The translations under genes and the position numbers were made by a program. A stretch of DNA of 63,885 nucleotides, the filler included, from Lenisia limosa (lineage: Eukaryota > Protista > Breviatea), in NCBI GenBank assembly GCA_001655205.1. It is 12 parts of 12 records of this genome, joined end to end, with 100 filler letters (N's around TTAATTAATTAA, not from the genome) between each part and the next. Parts side by side here need not be neighbours in the genome. Positions count along the whole stretch, not along the records: positions 30,777 to 49,005 come from LPNZ01009047.1; positions 49,106 to 52,169 come from LPNZ01010034.1; 10 more parts are not named here. One strand, written 5' to 3'. Positions 37,087-49,940 of the stretch are shown piece by piece. Below the pieces are notes generated by a model. It was not told the origin of the DNA. It saw only the letters and a list, made by a program, of their open reading frames with translations, and ran no database searches. Each line of letters begins with the position of its first letter. Within the stretch, counting starts at the first letter, position 1.

Positions 37087-38254
37087 CTAATACTGGGGAA
37101 CAGCAACGGCGGACTCCTCCCAAGAAGAGGTAGTGGCAGCGGTGGGGGCAGCAGCCTCTTCCCACTCGGTGGCACCGTCAAACTCGGCGGTGGGGGCAAT
37201 GGGGGCGATAACGTCCTCCTCCTCAGCCTCCTCCTCGGCCTAAAGCGTGTGAAATGAATGTGGAAGAGAGGGCGGGGGGAGAGGGAGAAAGAAAAGTGTG
37301 TTCAGACGACTCATTCTCGGCACTGTGATTTTTCACTTGGAAACTCTAGTCCGTTTTAATGAGAGGGTCATCACCACAAATCACAAAAGCAGCAAAGGGA
37401 TAATTACACCCACTCACGGTCTTCTCCTCAGCATCGCGGTAGATAAAGAGATCAACCATGACGTCCCACTCGACCTTGCGCTTGATGGAACCACGCATGC
37501 GGAGAACCTTGAGTGTCAGAATTGACAAACCAAAAAGCAAAGGAGAAAGAAGAAAGGCATCAGAGAGATTCCCAATTTGTTGTCATCAAAGTATTTATGA
37601 TGTCCATATCTAATAAATCATCTGCCATTTCAAAGAAAACTCATCTCTGCTTCATACCTCACGAGCAAGAAGCCAGAACATCAGGCCAATGGCGTTCTTT
37701 CCCTTGTTGTTGACGGGAATGGCGCAATCGACGTACTTGATGTTGCAGTCGATATCGCAGAAAGCAATGACGGGGATGTTAACGTAGGCAGCCTCAGTGA
37801 TAGACTGGTGGTCGGCCTGGGGGTCAGCAACGACGAGAACGCGAGGCTCCATGAAAGATCTCTGGTTCTGATTGGTGAAAGTACCGGGGGTGAAACGACC
37901 AGCGACGGGGAGAGCGTTGGTGTAACGAGAGAACTTGAGGACGGCACGCTGGGCGTAGGGGCGAGAAGCGACAACAGCGACGTCGTTGGGGTGCTCAATG
38001 GCGACGATGATACGGGCAGCGAGCATAAGCTTCTCCCAGGTCTTGGCAACGTTGATGATGTGAACACCATCGGAGCGGCGCTTCCAGACGTAGTCGTCGA
38101 GTTGGAAGTTGAGGTTCTTGGAGCCGAGATGGCACTGGCAAGCAAGCATCTAAAAATAAGGTTATCACTGCCTAGGGCACGTGGAACAACTAACCATCTT
38201 AACATCCTCGTCAGAGGGCTTGAGCATTTCAAAAACTTCAGGGGACATGGACAT
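37087..38254 (-). CDS. RPSA: 40S ribosomal protein SA (uS2), complete, 4 exons, 264 aa
   Basis: Exons 38254-38195, 38149-37658, 37507-37418, 37239-37087 (TAG), all phase 0. Motifs [47 protein letters not shown] and [12 protein letters not shown]. Confidence 0.98.
37297..37378 (-). ncRNA. Box C/D snoRNA candidate in RPSA intron 3
   Basis: Sense strand has box C GTGATGA (37374-37368), box D CTGA (37305-37302) and a terminal TGTG/CACA stem, in a ribosomal-protein intron. Confidence 0.7.
37556..37626 (-). ncRNA. Box C/D snoRNA candidate in RPSA intron 2
   Basis: Terminal GGCA/TGCC stem enclosing a C-like ATGATT, an internal TGATGA (C') and a CTGA (D) immediately before the 3' stem. Confidence 0.6.
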
Positions 38255-38849
38255 TTTGTCTATAAGTAACGAGACTAACTGCCGTGAGTCAAAAGGACTG
38301 AAATAATTATTGAAAATCCTTAAAAACAAAAGGAATAAGTTCAGTTCAGTTCCGTTCTTTTCTTATTTCGTAAATTTGTGATAATTTGTTATGTCAATAC
38401 CTCAACTTTGTATGTTCTCTTTCTACCCTTCTTCTTCTTTAAAAATATAACATAATATAATGTAACTAATTTTATTGGAGAAATCCTGATTTGCAGCCTA
38501 AATCCAATATTCCTTCAATATGAATCAGCAGCCTCGCTTCCGCCATTTACTCAATGGATCATCATTTATTCACCCCAAACAAATGTACATGTATATGTGA
38601 GGTAAATGTCTCGTAAATGTAAGCATTTATAAATAAATATCAACATGTTGGCCTAGATCGAGTGGGTTCTCTGGAGTACCTAACAAGATCATTCAAACTT
38701 TTTTATTTTTCCAGTTCTTCATTGGTTGATTCAGGATTTATTGGTTCTTTTTACTCAATTGTTTCTTTATTAATAATTTTCTATCAATTACAAATTGATC
38801 ACAAATCAATCAACAAGCTTTTAGAAAGCTTGGGTTCGTCTAGCTGCAG

Positions 38850-41800
38850 TTGTTTTTTCGCATTGTTTTCCTTCACCAAAAGACTTACATATTCTTGTCA
38901 GTCTTCTCATATTTCAAAATTTTAAGTAATGTATTCTTTTTCTCACTTTGTAGTGTTGATACCCTTGTCCCCATAAAACCTGAAACACTCTAAATATCTA
39001 AAGAAACATGGGAAAACAAAAACAAAAATACTCTCATTTGTTCAGAGAGATAGGAAAACAATATTACTGACTGCGATCTCGCGAGAGGCTTTTGCATTAG
39101 TTCACTACAAGCATTATCACTGATTGCCAAAAAAGATATTACGAATAAAAATTTACAAGAGGCACCACCGACATTTCAAAGCAGTGAAATGGATACAGCA
39201 AAATCAAACCAACCTTTTCAGTCGCAATTCATTCTAGCTAACACAGCGGGTGAGATGGCACTTCGAGATTCTAAATAATATGGAAGATACTAAATGATTA
39301 TAACTTACAAATAGTCCAGTAGAACTAAATAAATGGAACCATTTAAAAAAAACATGAATCAACACAAACCTCCAAAATTTGCACAGCATCGCTCGCAGTT
39401 ATTTCCCCATTGTCAAATTGTTCGCTGAACAGTTACAGAATCAAAAGGAACAGGTTATCTTTTATCTCAATAAATAAGATGCACATATCGTAATGCTCTT
39501 CCACATACTCCAATTTAGTCACGATTGCTGCCTGAAGCAGTTGCTTCTCTAACACATGTTGCCCTAACTGTCCTTGAAGCTTCAGTGCGCCCTGAAGTGT
39601 TGTCAAAAAATATCATGTAAACTGGATCAGTTTTACAGGATAGATGCTAATCATTGTGAACATAGAAAATGACAGGGGCAGTTTTAAAAACCCTGCAAGA
39701 CTGGCAGTCCATATCAAACAACCCCCCCCCCCTGACTCTTTCAAGTCTCCAATGAAGATAAAAAGTAGCAATGCAATGATCCAGTTGTGTGTTTGTTGCC
39801 AATGGCTCATATGAACTGTGCACCAAATGCTGGAATTGTGAATAAAAACTTGAGATAGAAGGAGGGGGGTCGTTTTCAAAAAAAACGAGAAAATCGTCAG
39901 CTTATATTGATATAATCACGGTCTTTTACGATAGACTTTGTAAGGAATACATCTCCTCTTCAACACCGCCCCATGAACAGACCTCTAGTTTCTTCTTCTT
40001 CTTGCTCCAGCTTTCTTCAGCCAATTCAGAAATAATAAAATCATGTTGGTCATAATGGTCTTGAAGAACGTACTAGAAATATCAAGGTAATAAAGAAGAG
40101 CACATAAAACAACTCTGTAAGAGACTCTAATAAACCAATATGACAATATGACAATTTTTGATTACTTATACAAAAGCAGCAGCAACCATCCTTCCAACAG
40201 AAGACACCAATACTCGCTCGTGAAGAATGTGGTGTGGTAAAGACGCAGAATCAACAATTTCAACTGCGGCTTTCAGTGCCACTAATGACTCGTCCTAAAA
40301 TGTCAACGGAACCGAAATTGTCTGTCAAATAATCAATCCAAATCTAGCCTTATATACCCCCCTCACATCATTCACTTGTACTCTAAAGCTGCCAAAATAC
40401 TCCACTTCTAAGTTACGAACAATTGACATTGAGGGCGAATATATCAGCCCAACTGCATATGGAACCTGGGGGGGGGGGGGNNNNNNNNNNNNNNNNNNNN
40501 NNNNNNNNNNNNNNNNNNNNNNNNNNNNNNNNNNNNNNNNNNNNNNNNNNNNNNNNNNNNNNNNNNNNNNNNNNNNNNNNNNNNNNTAAATGAATTTGAA
40601 AACAACATACTATGATATAAGTGGGGAAGGGAGGAAATTTATCAAGCCAAAAGTAGTAAATGAAACAAAACCATCAATACCTGCATTTGCATCTGGGCTT
40701 GCATTTCAAGGTCAACGTAGGAAGGAACTGGCTTCATTTTGGGGTGTGAGTGGTACCATCCTAGATTATAAATCATGCAGAAATGAGAGAAAAAAAAAAA
40801 GGATGTATCGTAGTCTTTGAGGCTTTCCAAAGGAGACCTGTACAATATCGATATTTATTGCGGTTTTATCGAGAAATCCATTTTTTCATGCCATTGTGAA
40901 TAGGAAAAATAAATGGTTATTTGCTCTGGAAAGGTCACCAAACACCATAAAAAAGCTTCACAATTATAAACAAAGGCGAACTCATCTGAACATCTTGCAG
41001 CAGCGAAGCTTCCATACCCCAACATACCAACATATTTCCGTCCTTCAGTCATTCGTTGAAGACCTTCAAATAATGATTCGTCAGTTCCTTCAACATAGTC
41101 TTCCAGAACATGCCCGGGCTTTCTGAACAATAAACAAAGAGGGGGAAATGAGAGCGAGTTTTATCACAAAGCCTTCAAGTCACCCTGATCAAAGATAATT
41201 ATTTCTTATAATCAAAGAGCTAAAGGTGATAACAAATCAGCAAGATTTCAACACTCTCAATATTTTAATTGTGATCATCTCAAGCAAAAAGAGGTAAGCA
41301 AACCTCATTTGGGGGAAGAACCCATCAACAACTAGAACTCCCTCCTCTTCCTAAAAAGTTAACACTCCATCAAAGTCGAAGCGCTTGAAAGGATAAGCCA
41401 AAAACCTTATTATCCCCCCCCCCCCCCCNNNNNNNNNNNNNNNNNNNNNNNNNNNNNNNNNNNNNNNNNNNNNNNNNNNNNNNNNNNNNNNNNNNNNNNN
41501 NNNNNNNNNNNNNNNNNNNNNNNNNNNNNNNNNNNNNNNNNNNNNNNNNNNNNNNNNNNNNNNNNNNNNNNNNNNNNNNNNNNNNNNNNNNNNNNNNNNN
41601 NNNTGAGAACTGAAAATAACAAAAACAAAGCGATTAACTATGAGAGTATCAAGATGAGTATGGGGGTGGGTACATGACGTGTAAGAATATATCACTTCGG
41701 TTCAAAAAAAGACTGAATTTCTCGAAAAGTCCTCGAAAACTATCGATATTTTCCTGGGGTTTTTTTTTTAACCGAAGTGAAGCCCTAGTGGTAGGTCAGT

Positions 41801-42560
41801 TGCACTAAAACCCGTATTGAGCAAACCTTTGTCACAATGTACTTGAAAGGCCTTCCATTTGGTGACAAGCTGAAGGGAATGACGGATTTGATAAGTAAAT
41901 TGAATATCCCTTTTCATGAAGTGTAAAGGCAGAGCCAAGAAATAAAGAGAGGTTGTTGTATCCGGGCGACTTCGTCCACACCAACAGGCTTAAAAAAGAT
42001 ATCGGGTTATTTGACACTTAATGATACTCCAACATAGGATTATTAGATATTTTTTGTCTTCCTTGAAAAGTCGAGTATTACTCATATCATCCAATAAAAA
42101 GGGTATCCACGATAAGAAACTTAATGTCAAAACTTAGCACATCACAGACCCCTCTCACTCTTGCTCGTTAGAGTGCATGGGGCAAAGGTAGTTAGGAAGC
42201 CGCCATCTTGTTTCGATAACTTGCTTCTTCTCCAGCTGGAAGAAGTTAACAAAATAGATTTATCAAACCAATTATTTTAGTTTCCCTCATTATGTTAGAA
42301 TATCCCAATCACAAAAACCCTTATCTTTGATTCTCGGAGCTAACACCCCCTACCTATACACAGAAACTTATAATTAGAGCCGATTATAATATTAAAATTT
42401 GGATGGCTCTTACTCCACAACTCCCTCTCTTATATCAATTGAAACAATGACCCCCCCCCCTTCTCTCACTCACAAGACAACCACCATACCAGAGAATTTA
42501 TGGTATTTACAGTGGTCTGCTCAGGTTCCTCCTCATCTGGAGTTTTTCTCTTCTTGGTCA
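38850..42560 (-). CDS. JAB1/MPN (JAMM) domain protein, MYSM1/MPND-like
   Basis: Exon 40760-40681 encodes GWYHSHPKMKPVPSYVDLEMQAQMQMQ, the JAMM HxH-x7-S-x2-D motif. Neighbouring open exon-like segments lie on the same strand. Gene ends are approximate. Confidence 0.65.
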
Positions 42561-42878
42561 TATTAGATGCAACTGCTCTGTTCCACCCTTGCTTCTACAA
42601 TGATCTTGTGTAATAGCAGGCAACTCAGTTTCCTTTTGCTTCTTCTACCTATCCTTCTCAAAGCTTCTCCAAATTCCCTTTATACAATCCAAAAATGAAT
42701 ATTTGATAATGTGATTTAGAAAGGTGGAAAACAGAACAATCCTTATTATTGAAGCAAACCGGCAGCGTGGCTCATGTTGGAAAGTTGGGAAAGAAGTTTT
42801 TTTTTCCTTTTATCAAGGTGTACAACTCTTTAACTGTTGATTGAATATATAAATGGATTAGAGCACACAAAAGGCAAA

Positions 42879-44492
42879 ATGGAAATAACAGATCGGCTCA
42901 CTCAGAATGAGCGAGTCAAGCGTACAATAGATAGAGTGACCGAAACGATATTCCCTGGTGGTAAGAAGCTCATTGGACCGGCTCTTCCCGAAAACTACAG
43001 GACAAGTACGATTCACGTTATTACCCTCGTCTCTCTAACGCCCTTCAGGTGCAGAAGTCTCGTCATCACTGCCATTACAGATGATTATCTACTACAATAT
43101 CATTTACAGCCTGTTCTTCTCCATCGTCAGTGTCCACATATTTGTTTGGAAGGTGAGCCTCAGTGCTCTTTTAATTTTTGTCATTATGTGATCATTTTGC
43201 GTGCCTTTACTAATGTATTGGCCTTTGAGTTGGAATTTTCTACAATTTAAGGAAATTGTCACCATGTCGTAATATGAGTTCGTATTGTATTTTTGACGGT
43301 TATTCCCAATAATTTGTGTTCATATTTCTGTCGGTTATTCATTATTGTATCGTTTATTCATGTTTGTTCATATTTCTGTTGTTTATTCATCATGTTTACT
43401 CACATTTCTGTCGTTTATCATTATTGTATCATTTATTTATTCATCAGATTTACTCACATTTCTGTCGTTGTATCATTTATTTATTCATCATGTTTTTTCA
43501 TATTGCTGTCGATTAATACCACTCTTGGTCATTCCTAATATTCTGTTTATTAATCATACTGGTTTTCATAGTTTACTCATTGATGGGTCATTATTGAGCC
43601 ACCCCCCCCCCNNNNNNNNNNNNNNNNNNNNNNNNNNNNNNNNNNNNNNNNNNNNNNNNNNNNCATCATCGTCACTTTCTAACGACTCAGCTTGGGAAGG
43701 AGGAGAGCGACTTCCCTTTCATCATCGCCAGCTCCGTCTCGCTACTCACCTTCGTCATCCTCGAGCCTATTCGATTGTCATTCGGGTACAGTGGCAATTT
43801 GGGAGAGGTAGGGAGGGGAGAGGTTATTTGAGAACAAAAAATAAAGTATCGTATTTTCGAGCTATCTCAATAAAACCTTGGTTTTTTAATCATATTTTTT
43901 TGGAGTTAGAAAGATTGCTCATATAATAACAATCTTTCCATTATTGATGTAACAGTTCTCAATCTTTAGAGGGTTCCCCAGCTCATTGCGTTCCTGATTC
44001 TATCGGTTGTGTCCATTGGGGTTGCAGCCTTCTTGGCCTTTGCCCAAACCATTACTTTGCCTATTGATGCTGCTCTTGGGGGTATCATGCTCCTCATCTT
44101 GCGTGAGTGGGTCCTTTATGTTTTCTTTTCAATGCTTTTAGAGTTTGTTTTGGATATATTACTGAGTGTGGGTGTGTGTATGTGGGTTGGGATACATAAA
44201 CAATCATAATATGTCTTCGTTTTTTATCAGCATGAAATATTTGACGCTCAGTAGTGTTGTGAAATATTTTTGTTATTCATCATTCCACTACAGCTTGGAT
44301 TGCAATTTCACATTTTCTTTCTGTTTTAACTCCACCTCCACAGTGCCTGAATTTGTTTTTACGTTGACGTCGGTGCGGGGTATCTTGAAAACCCGTGCCG
44401 CCTATTTCTATCTTGAGTGTTGGGACGATGATGAGGTGGACGACATGGGTGGCGGCGGTAGAGAGGTAACTTGGGACCTTTTTTTATTGTAG
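42879..44492 (+). CDS. TMEM17/TMEM216-family ciliary transition-zone membrane protein
   Basis: In-frame exons: MEITDRL...; SAEVSSSLPLQMIIYYNIIYSLF; ...ILEPIRLSFGYSGNLGE|RVPQLIAFLILS...QTITLPIDAAL...; these match the Transmemb_17 motifs SSLPLQM.LY.N and E.IRL..GY.GNL.E. Extra 3' exons near 44900-45240 are possible. Confidence 0.85.
43310..43520 (+). repeat. Degenerate intronic minisatellite (~50-bp unit)
   Basis: Repeated catttctgtcgtttatcattattgtatcatttatttattcatc. Confidence 0.7.
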
Positions 44493-46119
44493 AAAATACA
44501 ATAAATATATATATAGCTATAATATATAAGATATATTATATATATATATATGATATTATAAAATTTAGAGGTAAATTGATGGCGTTTCTTATTCTGCTAC
44601 ACTAAAATATCATACCATATAGTAACTGCGAAATGGTGACATAATTGAATTAAAGAGGCTACATGGCGTTATTGTTACACTTTGGATCTGAAAATATATC
44701 TGGAATATTTAAAACATAACTTGTTGATTCGTTTTTTGTTTTTGAATAATGTTTCACTTCAATATTCTTCACCAAATTTCCTTTGTTTTCCACCCCCCCC
44801 CCCACACACACACAGAGTGTTGGGGTTTTTTTTTCNNNNNNNNNNNNNNNNNNNNNNNNNNNNNNNNNNNNNNNNNNNNNNNNNNNNNNNNNNNNNNNGA
44901 GCTCACCAGCTAATGAGGTTCACACTCCCCTCAGAAAATCATCAACAAAATCACGTATGGGGAATTGGTTCCTATTGAACATTTCATTCAGCTTTCAGAA
45001 TTATCACCATTTTACCCCCTTTTTCTTTTGCTAGTACATTTTACCCCTTTTGAGATGATTATGCCTATCGGTTGCGTGCATAAGAAACAACCGCCAGATC
45101 TTTCTGATCCTAGTTTCAATAGAGACTGCACAAATATATTTTGATGTGAAACTCATAGTCAGTATACCACCAGTATTTGATCGTTTAGGAAATACTCCGT
45201 CACCTAAGCACCCTGGGCAAATACCCACTCCACCTGGTAGGAACTGGTGTTATAAAATATTTATAAAACAGCAAAAATTACAATTATTGGGGAGGGGGTC
45301 GTGTGTGCCTTCGGGTCTGGCTGTCTCCACCCTCCGAAAGGTAATCAGGTTAATATTCTTGAACCAGGTCGTGAATAACACCACATGTGGTAACACAAGC
45401 GAATTTGGCAGGAGTGTTTATTTAGTGTATGACTGCCATCCTTGTCTTATATAGCAATGGTTCCTCTACTATATATGTACATAAGTGCATTGTAACATCA
45501 TATACCTATTGGAAGAGATGTTGTAAATTCAGAATAAGTGATTAATGATGATTTCTTTCCTGTGTGTCAAAAAAAGTAAGTTTCACAACAACAGAGTTGA
45601 TTTGGGCTTTTTNNNNNNNNNNNNNNNNNNNNNNNNNNNNNNNNNNNNNNNNNNNNNNNNNNNNNNNNNNNNNNNNNNNNNNNNNNNNNNNNNNNNNNNN
45701 NNNNNNNNNNNNNNNNNNNNNNNNNNNNNNNNNNNNNNNNNNNNNNNNNNNNGCGACTTGTTGATTAGGGAGATGAGATTTTCTTGGTAGGGGAGGGGCG
45801 TCTTTTGTTCTCTATTCATGCGGCCCGTTATGTTATTATTCTCACGTTTTAGCTGGTGATGGTATTTAGTGTTTCGGTCGGTCTTTATGTTGTATACTAA
45901 TGTATTTTTATGTTCCTTCATCTGGTGACTAGGTAATAAATTCTCCAGAAACAAAGCAGGTTTGTGATATAACTATGAGAGCTAATGGGAATATAGCCCG
46001 AATATTCAAAGCCACTATTTCCCCAACCCTTAGTCCGCTTTGTCACCCAATGTTTAAAACTAATATTAAATAAACTATTTTTTTAATAAACAACCCATCT
46101 ACCCTAAAAAAAACCAAGA

Positions 46120-46724
46120 TTAGAAGACAATCTTGATGGAACGCTCGTTTTCGGGAAGAACCTTCTTCATCTTGACCTCAAGAACTCCGTTGTTGTAGGA
46201 GGCCTTGACAGTGCGGCGCTCAACCTAATACTGTTACCAAAAAATACCGCATCCACAACAAACCTTGCAAGGAAGGGGAATCTCCAATTCAAAGGCACCA
46301 CTCCAGCGGTTTTTCTCAATGAAGTTTCCACCTTTCTCGGTTTCAACCTCGGTAATGGTGACTCTGTCTCCCACTAAAATAAGACTCTCTTCTTCAAAGG
46401 AGAGATCAAAGTTGGAATCACCCTAATAGGTGAAAAGAATTTTGGAAGATTGGAGGGGGAAACACAAATTAAGGCTCGCCCACCATTCCAGGAAGGTCAA
46501 CTCGAACAAGGAGCTTCTTTTCAAACTCAATAACGTCATAACTAAAGATGTCAAAAAAACAGAGGAAATATAATACCATCCATAGCTCATTTAACGACTA
46601 ACTCTGCTATATTATGCAAAATATACAAATCCGTTCAAATAACCTACATTGGAGTTCCTCCTTCATTTGGGGCTCCACCTCCTTCGGCACGCTCAGTAGT
46701 AGTTTGTTGTTCTTCCTCTGACAT
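46120..46724 (-). CDS. Small heat-shock protein (HSP20/alpha-crystallin domain), complete, 4 exons
   Basis: MSEEEQQ...PI|YDVIEFEKKLLVRVDLPGM|GDSNFDL...NRWSGAFELEIPLPCK|VERRTVKASYNNGVLEVKMKK...IVF* (TAA 46122-46120). DLPG and A.Y.NGVL.V are ACD motifs. Confidence 0.92.
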
Positions 46725-48349
46725 TTTGAATCACTAACAAGCTGACAAAAACAAAAAAAAATCTTAAAAATACCTTAAGTATGAAGAACACCTGGGGTTT
46801 CGTTGTTGTCAAAAATCTTGCCTCCTCTCCTTTTCGCCATTTCGTCCCCTTTTGCTTTCTATTTCTTTAATATTACTCTACAAGCAATTACAGAGTCACT
46901 ATTTTGCATTTGCATTGCAGGAAAGAAAAATCAATCAGTCTTAACAGTCAAATAGGCCGAAAGAGGAATCTTCCTTCTTTCGGTCTATATATAGAAGCGG
47001 TAATGTGCAACAATGGTACAATAGTCAAACAAGAGTTCAACAATAGTCAGAAAACAGTTATTGGATTGGTCTTATCTTGGCTTTTACATTTTATTGAGTT
47101 ACCGATATATCCGTTTCGTTCTCAAGGTCAGTAATATTTCAGTCACCTGAGCCTCGAAGCTGCAAGCACGGGTTCGCACCCAACCCCAGAAAACAGTCGG
47201 AATGCATCATGATTGATTCTGACCCTGAGCTTTGGACGTTGAAAGACATGACGTGTCTATCCCTTCCATAATTAAAGTTTTATTTTATTTATGAAGTAAC
47301 AACATTCTATTCATCCTGTCATAACTGGATGCCATAGGCGTTGAATAATGTTATTTCAAAAATAGATTACTGTTTGACATCACTCTTTACGAATTTCGTT
47401 TTTTTTTACTTTTATTCATGTGCCAATCAATTTGAAGATGAAACCATTTTCCGTAAATACAACTATCAATTTTATTTCTGATAAAGTGAAAACTACAACA
47501 TTTCTCATTTAAAATTGAAAGTAGATCAGCACCCCGCTGAGACAAGAAACAGAGCAGAGAACACCACCACAGCCAAAGCCGTAAGTAGGCATGTTATTTT
47601 CATATTTTTAATTGATCATTTATGTGTTTCTCTACCGTGGGTATAGTTAACCCACAGTCTATATTCAGGAATATGTTGTATCACTGTTCTCCGTTTGCTC
47701 TGTGAATGATTCAAGGCTTCTCTATGGTCAAAGATTGTATTGATGAATTTGAGGATAGATTGCAATGATGAAGATTGTACTGATGAATTTGAGGAGAGGT
47801 TGCAATGATGAAGATTGTACTGATGGATTTGGATGGCTTTGACGCTATTAATAATGCGATGTTTTTGTATTACTGTTGCAAAATGGGTTTCTACGCATAC
47901 TACGCATTTGATGAATTCCTTTATATTACATCTATGGTGTGGATTGCTTATGTATGATTCTTCAACACCGTTGGCCACCTCTCTGGGCTTTGAAACATAG
48001 ATACCATTAACAGGAGGAAACAGAATTGGGGTGATTTACAACAGTGCGAACAATACAATGTGTCGCGTACATAAATCTGGATGGGTGAGGTGGAATTCAG
48101 TACTATTCAAATGGAATTTCATACTAACTAAAATACTTTTATGAAAGTAATATGATTTGACTATGATTTCATGTACATATCATTGTCTCGTTCTCTATTC
48201 TGTATGAACAGAAGTGGTAAAGCCCAATTAGAAGATACATAGTTTCACTTTAGATGATTCTATTCTCTTATGACGGGTGTATTTTGTTTGTAAAATAAAG
48301 AAAAAAAAAGGAAAGGAAGGGGGGGAGTCAAGGAATGCCTACTTGTGGA

Positions 48350-48446
48350 TGTAGACGAGGGCTGCAACAAGCGCTGCCACTTCCAAGGTCAACAGGGTGA
48401 CCCCGAGGGAGATGAGGGAAAATGCGGAGGAGTATTCGCGTCCTGG
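48350..48446 (-). CDS. Isolated exon encoding a transmembrane helix, gene unknown
   Basis: cccag acceptor, REYSSAFSLISLGVTLLTLEVAALVAALVYIHK, gtaggc donor. Confidence 0.4.
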
Positions 48447-49884
48447 GGAATGATGGAAAATTTATGAGAAAAAAAAAAAGGGGGGGGGGNNNNNNNNNNN
48501 NNNNNNNNNNNNNNNNNNNNNNNNNNNNNNNNNNNNNNNNNNNNNNNNNNNNNNNNNNNNNNNNNNNNNNNNNNNNNNNNNNNNNNNNNNNNNNNNNNNN
48601 NNNNNNNNNNNNNNNNNNNNNNNNNNNNNNNNNNNNNNNNNNNNNNNNNNNNNNNNNNNNNNNNNNNNNNNNNNNNNNNNNNNNNNTGACTGCGTGGATG
48701 ATGACGAGAACCTTAATAGTCAGATTCCTAGCCATGTGATCGGATAATATGACCGACTTTTGAAATGCAACACAAGGGTTCACCCCGAGTGTACCAGAGT
48801 ATCACTGAGACTTGTCGCCAATTGAGAAGTGGATATGAGGTATCATATGATAACACGTGTAAAAAGACCCAAAAAGTGAACGTAGGGAAGCCCTATCTAT
48901 GAACATGTGCGACATTGACGGTTATACTTTGAGCTTTGAGTAGTTTTATGATTTGTCTTTCGTTTGACACGACGGACCCACCTTAGTGACAAGGAATATG
49001 ATGGANNNNNNNNNNNNNNNNNNNNNNNNNNNNNNNNNNNNNNNNNNNNTTAATTAATTAANNNNNNNNNNNNNNNNNNNNNNNNNNNNNNNNNNNNNNN
49101 NNNNNTCGGCCAGATATAACCTTGTTTTTTATTTCTCATTGCTAAATAGTATTATATTATATCATGATCATATCACATTGTAATATACAGAAAGCTGGGT
49201 TCACAGAGTTTTAAAGCAAATGATTGTGTGAATTGATATTATACAATAATTCAGTATCTCTTAAATCGTGATAGTGCTCTATAAATGGGTGGGGAGGGAG
49301 GGGGGGGGGGGGNNNNNNNNNNNNNNNNNNNNNNNNNNNNNNNNNNNNNNNNNNNNNNNNNNNNNNNNNNNNNNNNNNNNNNNNNNNNNNNNNNNNNNNN
49401 NNNTAATCAAAAATATAATATTTTCACGTCTTATTATTCTCAAGGTGTGCGTTCATGATTTTTCTCCCTACCGACGTTCCTATTCTGCGCTGCAAACAGG
49501 CCACAAACAGGGGCATTGAAGTCTTTAGATCCAATTTTATGCCGGTTTGTTCTTGGGGCAAAAGAAGTGTTGCTTATCAATTGTTATTCTTTTTTAGGAA
49601 TTAACACAAGGGCATCTGATTTATTGTTCTATTTAAGTGTAGACATGCATTTTAACTGGGTTGTGTTAAGGGCTTCACTTCGGTTCGAAAAAAGACTGAG
49701 TTTCTCGATAAATCTTCGATAAATATCAGGCTTTATCCTGCCGGAGTGAATTCCTTAATGTGTTTTATTGGGTTTCATATTAGCATTTCACCCTGGTTCA
49801 AAGATGTCTTTGGTGCTTACAGCCACCGTACATGTTATTCTTTCTCTTGCTTACTATTATACTATAATTCAATATCTCTAATTA

Positions 49885-49940
49885 GCGTGATGGTGTGGAC
49901 GGCTTCGGTCAGATACAACCTTGTTTTTTATTTCTCATTT
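49885..49940 (+). repeat. Family D ~55-bp dispersed repeat; copies at ~925-970(-), 15385-15435(-), 20038-20095(-), 23760-23795, 49105-49140, 60560-60615, 60645-60700
   Basis: gcgtgatggtgtggacggcttcggtcagatacaaccttgttttttatttctcat and variants. Confidence 0.8.

Noticed and set aside
37595-37620. Match to 18S rRNA (atttattagata) inside the intron-2 snoRNA candidate as a guide
   Set aside because: It is sense-identical rather than antisense to rRNA and AT-rich, so probably coincidental.
37681-38269. Long alternative-frame and antisense ORFs over RPSA (183 aa, 153 aa)
   Set aside because: Shadows of strong codon bias in a highly expressed gene.
43293-43926. Hydrophobic 193-aa ORF and overlapping ORFs
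   Set aside because: Translation of a T-rich intronic minisatellite plus a gap.
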